DNA of 64,000 nucleotides from Pavona decussata (taxonomy: Eukaryota): positions 868,001 to 932,000 of the forward strand of contig CDRNST010000126.1 of NCBI GenBank assembly GCA_977016875.1. The letters are read 5' to 3'. This document shows, one piece after another, positions 57,827 to 64,000 of the stretch. The translations under genes and the position numbers were made by a program. The notes below the pieces were generated by a model. The model did not search any database and was not told the origin of the DNA. It saw only the letters and a list, made by a program, of their open reading frames with translations. Positions within the stretch are counted from its first letter, which is position 1. Each line of letters starts with the position of its first letter.

Positions 57827-60800
57827 TTTGAGAAATCCGGTGAACGGTTTTCAGGTGCTGAACGAAGATTGAAAGTCCTTTGGATTGCTGAATGTTATGG
57901 CTAACGCGTAGGCTGTACGGACTTAAGTTCAAGGCAACCGAGAAGGTTGTGTTTACAATGCGGGAATATTTTCTTGCTTGCTCTCCCGTCCAATCAACTT
58001 ACTCCGAGTCAGTTATTTTTATCTTAACTCGCCTCAGTGTCTCTCGCTTTAACCAGGGAATTATTTTCCCAAGTTTTATATCGCACACATCTTCCTCCAT
58101 TCTCGTTGATTATCTTCCAAAAAATGAAAAAATTCAAGGGAAGAAAGACCTTTATCACGTAATAAGAAATTAAAATAAAATGAAAACCAGGAGGTGAAAT
58201 GTTACATTATTAAATGTCTAGATTTTTAGTGTCATAATATATAAAACGTTGCACGCCTAGGTGGATCATACAGCGGCAGTTTAACATATTTAACGGGGTT
58301 GCTATGGTATGAAACAGCTAAGAGTATAGATACTCTACCACTTGTCTGCCAAAGGGTTGCCCCCAGGGAACTGTGATATGATGCGGAACATAACCTCGAA
58401 TCACTGACTTTCCGATCTTCCTAACGAACGTTTCTTTGAAACTACGACTCCGACTCGCTTTTCTCTACTCAACCGCACCTTAGCAAGTTCTAATATTTAT
58501 CCTAGTAGAATTCACAGTTTTAATATAACATCAACAACAATAAGCGGAACTTTTTGCACATCTGGAGGATATACCTCGATGGGGAGCTCCTTCCCCGCCG
58601 TCTCCTTTCCTTCTTGTCTCTTACTAGTAGCGTGAAGATTTCTTTGTCAGTTTTTGTCTTTAAGTTAGTGGGCAACTTTCCCGCCGCTCGGTTAGCAAAG
58701 GAAAATAAAATTTGGGGGTTAACACCACTTCCTTGCTCTCATCCACCTCTTTTGAAATCATTCATTTGCGCAATTTGGTTCGTTTCTTTTTTCCATTGTG
58801 TCGATAACCTTCTAGTCTCAGAGACAGTACTTTGATTACGTTTGTTTATGCAAGTCTTATTGGACCTTTGCCTGTGTTTATTCTCGGTATGATTTTCACG
58901 CCAGGGTGCTTTCATGTCCTAACTAAATGCATTTTTAACAAAACTGTTCGATTATTCTTGTGAAATGCTTTTGTCTTTTTGGTTTCAATTAGAAAGTTAC
59001 ATGTTACTTAACAGATTTACTGAAATCACAAAACTTTATTCAGCATTCGACACGAATACTATTAGTAATTGTTATGATTTGCTTTCATGTTTACACACTT
59101 GCATTTGATCAACAAGTATTACATCTAGCTAGATTAAATTCCGCGCACCCATTTAATTTATGATAATTTTAGGAATAAAACAAAACGAAAACGAACCGAT
59201 TCTTTTGAAGTGGTATCGTTTGCAAGTCAGTTTAGCTTAGCATATTTAATTCCGTTGGACACGTAGCACGAAGTTTTGAATATGCAAATAACGGGAAGGT
59301 CACTCATATTAACTTTTCAGTGTCTTGCTGAAAACATGAATTCTCCTAGCCTTTTTGCTGACATGTTATCAATGGCCACATAGACAGAATAAAAGTATTC
59401 AATGTATTGAAGGCGGGGATTGTGAGGAGAAAATAAGCGTGCGTAGCAGTCGTCTCTTTTCCGACAGCCGGCTGGAAACTCGTTCTCCCCGGAAGCATTT
59501 GTTCACTACTTCTACCACTTGGAGAGGAAACGACTGCTACTCAAAATAAGAGAAAATGGACTTTGATTATTTCCGAGGAGACAAACATGTCGGTTGTGTT
59601 CATGAGAAACAAAACTTCTCAATACAGACCATTGTATCGGTGTCAATCGAAATATCGGAGTTGTTTAAATTGCGAACCAAAACTGAATACATATCCATTA
59701 AGACATATGACAGCTCCTTATTGCAAACTTAATAAATGCACGTATTACATAATTTCTAGAAACGTGGTTATTGACACTCACTATTTTAGCTAGCTTTTAT
59801 TTTGAACTCTTTCCTTTCGTGGGCCTCAGCTCTGTAATAAAAAGCCACTAAATTCAGTTTTTGTTTGCCGTTTCATGGACGTAGAACGTAGCCCCGGACG
59901 CCTACTAAAAGTTTTTATTTCCGGTAATCATTAGGGAAAATTTTATCGGAACCCTCACTTGAAAGAAAGTGGCCGCTTAACCGAGAGGTTTGTCTGTAAA
60001 TTCCCGTTCCTTTTTCCAGCCATGCTCTCCAAAACTCACTTATATTTCATACCTATTAAAAAAAATTTCAAATCCGTTGCGCTGTTAAAATTAAGGTGAT
60101 CTCATTTGTTGTTGATTGTCGTAGGTTACGAGTGATAAGGACAAAATTGAAGTGACGAGCGACGAAATAATGGCAGGAAAAAATAAAACCTAGAGGCTAG
60201 ATGTTACATTGTTGAATATACTGTTTGTGGAGAGAAGATCAAATCCTCATAAAACCCAAGCGCAAAATGTCAGTTATCATTGCGACTTTAGAGAGCAACA
60301 GTGAAGTTACGTTAGAAAAGGAAATGAAAGAATCCCTCTTTTCCCCCTCAGTTCACTTTCGTTTTCAGAATTATTCCGTCGTGTATTAACAGACCTGTTC
60401 AACTGACGCTAATGTTTCGATAACCTTCTTGTCTCGGAGGTCACGCTTTGTTCAATTGTTTTAAATAAAAGTCATTTCTTATAATAGTCGCACGCCGAGG
60501 TAGCTCATACCTAGCCACGAACCACAGATCTTCTCATCTTTAGACCGAAAGTTTGAATAAACCCCAACGCAGTTTTCAATACACAACTGCGCCTTCACAT
60601 GCCATGATAAACAGCCAACTATGATTCACAGTTTTCATATAAGCATCGCTCTGCCGGCGCCGTAAATCTTTCGGATTGATCATTATTGTATTTCCTCTCT
60701 TACCTCGATTTTCTGTTCGTTTCCCTCCTTGTTTAGTCTTTGTTTCTCTTTTGTTTCCTTCTTGTTCCGGTTTCTGAGAGCGTCTAACTCGCCTTTGTAA

Positions 60801-62356
60801 CAGCTTCTTTATGGTGGCCCTTCGCCTGTGTTTATTCTTTCAAGGACTCTTTCTAGGATAAGTACACGTGTCCTATTTTTTTCTTTTTTAAACACATTTT
60901 CAAAAAAGTCGTCAATTTATTTATCAAGATGCTTCAGCTTTCTCTAAAGAATATCTTTTTGTTTAGCCTGACTAATTTGGTAAAACTTTCGACACCATTC
61001 GATAGGAATAGCATTGTTATGTTTTGTTTAATTTGAAATTTCAAGTTTGCCCTCGCGTTAGATCACTATTTTTCAGTCATGAAAACCAATCTTAGTTTTA
61101 AAGGATCGCTTGTTTTTGGTAATATTTTAACTTTACGAAAATGGAACGAAACGATGCTTTTAGAAGGGGACAAATCATAACATGTTCTGTAAATCATTTG
61201 TGGTCAGAAATTTTGAATTTAATTTGTCTTGGGGGCGAAGCAGTAAGTGACCACGATCAAATGCAAATTACAGGAAGGTCACTCATGTGTACCCTGTCAG
61301 TTTCTTACTCAAATGAACATTTGAATTCTCCTTACTACTTGGTTCACGTTTTGCGTGAATCAGACTGAGAATTTAGTGATCACCGCATGAGATTGTAAGG
61401 AGAAAATACACTTTGATTACTTATTTAGAGACGAGAGTGTCAGGTGTCCATGAGAAACAAATTTTCTCAACACAAACAATTGCATTATTGTCAGCTGAGT
61501 CAAAGAAGTTGTTTAAACAATTACACACGCAGATTTAGATATTGACAGGCTGATAAAAATTCAGTTTTGGCCAGTAGGTTTTGAGATTTCTCTAATGGCT
61601 AGTGAAAATTTTAAAGCGCTGGAGTGCCGGACAGAAAACAAAGATGAGAATTATTTAATAATCACAAAAGCAAATCAAGAGAATAAGACCTAGTATTTGC
61701 AGTCGCTTTTTGTGCTACATGCGTAGAGTTAAGACTTTTTCATTTTAAGGTCAACTTGAAATTTCAATCGCAAATAACGCAGTTTGTAAACAGTGAAGAA
61801 GACCTTAACGCTCATGGGTGTGGGAGTTTTTTCTCAGTAACTATTACACATCTATTAAAAATGTCTGTCCTTTGTCTCTCCCCTTTTCGTAAATCGAATT
61901 AAAAGTGAAACTGTGGCAAATTAATATTATTTGTTTTGGCTTGTGAAATCAGACCTGTTACTTACAACTGGGCTTGCGAGCTAAAAAGTTAATCTTGAGC
62001 CATGGAGTAGCGACAAGAACTGCACAACACATGAACCGCCTTTTCCAGTTGGCTGAAGACCCCGAGTGTTTTTGTGAGTCCCAACAACTTACCAGGAGTG
62101 AAAACTAGTATTGTAAAGGCACATTGTTACTAAACCGAGATCATATTTTTTGATTCAAGGGTTTTATGCAAGGCTATAATGATTGATTGTTTTCGTTTAG
62201 CTAGCCTGAACTTTTGCATTATCGAGTCTGCAATCCAAATTCTAAACTCTGTTTCATTTTACACACCACATTTGGCAAGATTACACTAAAAATCCCAAGC
62301 GTCCCACCCCAAACGTCCTTCATACTTGTTTCTGTTGTTTGTTTGTTTGTTTGTAG

Positions 62357-63780
62357 GTGCTGTTAAATTTGGGGAGCCTCTTGGTGTTAGTGAATGTCAG
62401 GAGCTGATTAAGCGTCTGTCCAAGTGTCAGTTAAGGCTTTTCAATGTGCTCATGGCAGGTGATTATTTGTTTCTTTGTTGTTGTTGTTGTGAAGGGGAAG
62501 TGTCATGGGGTTTTTGACCTCTTTTGTTAAAAAATTATAAAATAAGACCTTCACTTAGCTACAAAATAATTCTAGAACAACTACAAAAGAAATCAACTCA
62601 GCTCTTGAAAGAAACAACTCATGATCTATTCTAGCGCATTTTGGAAACAAAAATGCGAGAATGTGAAAAACGTCACCCTAACATTTTTCAATTTTCAATC
62701 CATTCCGACCTACTCTGTCTCTAGCCAGAGGCACTAATCGATCGTTTTATCGCACTGGGACGATAATTTTTTAGAAAACGAGACAAATATTTATTCGCTT
62801 CTGTTGACAGGCAAACATTTTTGGGTTTTGAAATGACATCAAATTCACGTGATACTTCCCGAGAATTTAAGTCTTGCTGATATTCTTTTTTGTTAAAATG
62901 GACCGCATCTTGAAGTTTTTGGTGATTTCTATCTCTTATAAGTATGTATTGGCAGTGCAAAAAACTGTCAAATTCCCAAGGACCCCAAGGGTAGGGATGG
63001 ACATATAGAGCAACTGCATCATCTCCACCTGGTCTTTTTCGCCTTAATTCGCTTCAAGCTCTTCCAGGTGCACCAAGTTGAATGTTCTAGTTCATGTTAG
63101 CAAAAGCTTCATTGCCATCAACAGAAACCAAGTTATGTTGTTTGCAATCAGGTTGATAGTTGTAGCGATATAAATTCATGTAAAAGACTTGCCTTGGCAC
63201 TCGTAGTTCTCGTAGCATTATTTTCGGTTTTCAATTGAGTGTCGTAAAAACAAACCAAAGTAATTACTCTGACCAATCACAACAGAGGTAAACAGCGCAA
63301 TGAATCAATCAGAATTCGAAGCAAATACATGTAACCGGCGCCAAGCGCGGGAAAACGCGTTTTGGCTTTCCATTTGTTGAGAAAATGGCGCGAACTTTGC
63401 CAACCAATTACAAAGCAACGTAAAGCAAAACCAAAGCAAACGCGAAATTACTTTCGACACTCAATTGAAAACTGCCTTATCCGAATTAACGTTGCTAGTT
63501 ACTTTGTTTTGTCCTGTTTACACAGGTCTTCTGTTATTTTACTGGCAGACTTCAGGTTTTTGCGAAAGAAAATGGTGTCTCAGGTACACGTAAGAAATAA
63601 TAGTGCAGATTTGGTTGAACAGTGTTTTCTGTCTCAAGGTGTTTTCTTCGTGAAATATTCGTTCTAATTTGCCACTTTTTAGTGTCTGTTTCTTTTTATT
63701 TCTGGTGTCAGAAACTTGAATGTCGACCAAGAATGGACAAGCTTCGGTCTGCACTGCTCAAGGAACACCGAAGAACCTAA
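62357..63780 (+). pseudogene. MLH3: Duplicated MLH3 terminal exons, copy M4 (frameshifted)
   Basis: Exons 62357-62458, 63526-63583, 63712-63780. A +2-nt change (TTAAGGCTTTTCAA vs native TTACCTTTTCAA) removes PFQCAHGR. Confidence 0.85.
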
Positions 63781-64000
63781 GCAAATGTATAGTGCACTCA
63801 GGAAAGGACTTAAGGTCATTATCGTTTGCAATCTTGGGAATATTTTAAGTCCTTCGTGTCAATGAACAGGGGAGCAACAAATTTTCAAAAACCCGAGTTG
63901 TCACTGCCTCTAACGACCAACAAATGACTGCTTACTTTTTCATTGTTTTTGCTCTGGCGAATTGTGAAAGCTAACTGAATAAAAAGTGTTTTTCCTTTCC

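Larger units (their letters stand above)
35015..64000. repeat. Tandem segmental-duplication array: MLH3 tail (M) + USOMP5-like gene (U) + upstream block (B)
   Basis: M1 ~35015-37820, U1 ~38150-40131, B1 45512-~49980, M2 ~49980-52895, filler, B-end 53528-53635, M3 ~53635-55955, U2 ~55960-57925, B2 ~57926-61545, M4 ~61545-64000+. Long near-identical stretches can be seen by eye. Confidence 0.95.

Noticed and set aside
57960-58075. NF-kB-like sites upstream of U2 (GGGAATATTT; GGGAATTATTTTCCC)
   Set aside because: Neither fits GGGRNWYYCC, and the second is not conserved in B1; too weak to call.

Overview
AT-rich, intron-rich animal DNA, most likely from a stony coral (inferred from the repeat families and the USOMP5-like genes), with two N-gaps. 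I rebuilt the gene models by hand from splice sites and reading-frame phase, because the ORF track only catches fragments. The left 37 kb is a compact housekeeping cluster of two head-to-head pairs. ACTR10 (-, 11 exons in the window, runs off the left edge) has a U12 AT-AC intron and faces RBKS (+, 8 exons, 326 aa). MRPL33 (-, 59 aa, missing from the ORF track, start codon probably split A|TG by an intron) faces MLH3 (+, 11 exons, ~1351 aa). RBKS and MRPL33 lie tail-to-tail, as I recall they do in human. From ~35.0 kb to the end is a mosaic tandem array. Its unit is the last 3 exons of MLH3, then a secreted USOMP5-like gene with a fibrinogen-type start, then that gene's upstream region. The window holds four MLH3 tails (native, one intact, two frameshifted) and two intact 308-aa secreted-protein paralogues whose differences cluster in the C-terminal 66 aa. 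A 5.4-kb TTAA-flanked TIR transposon sits 100 bp upstream of one paralogue only. Introns and spacers carry many MITEs, Kolobok-like elements, LINE and SINE fragments and Penelope-like inverted repeats. Family names are from memory of consensus sequences; no database search was run.
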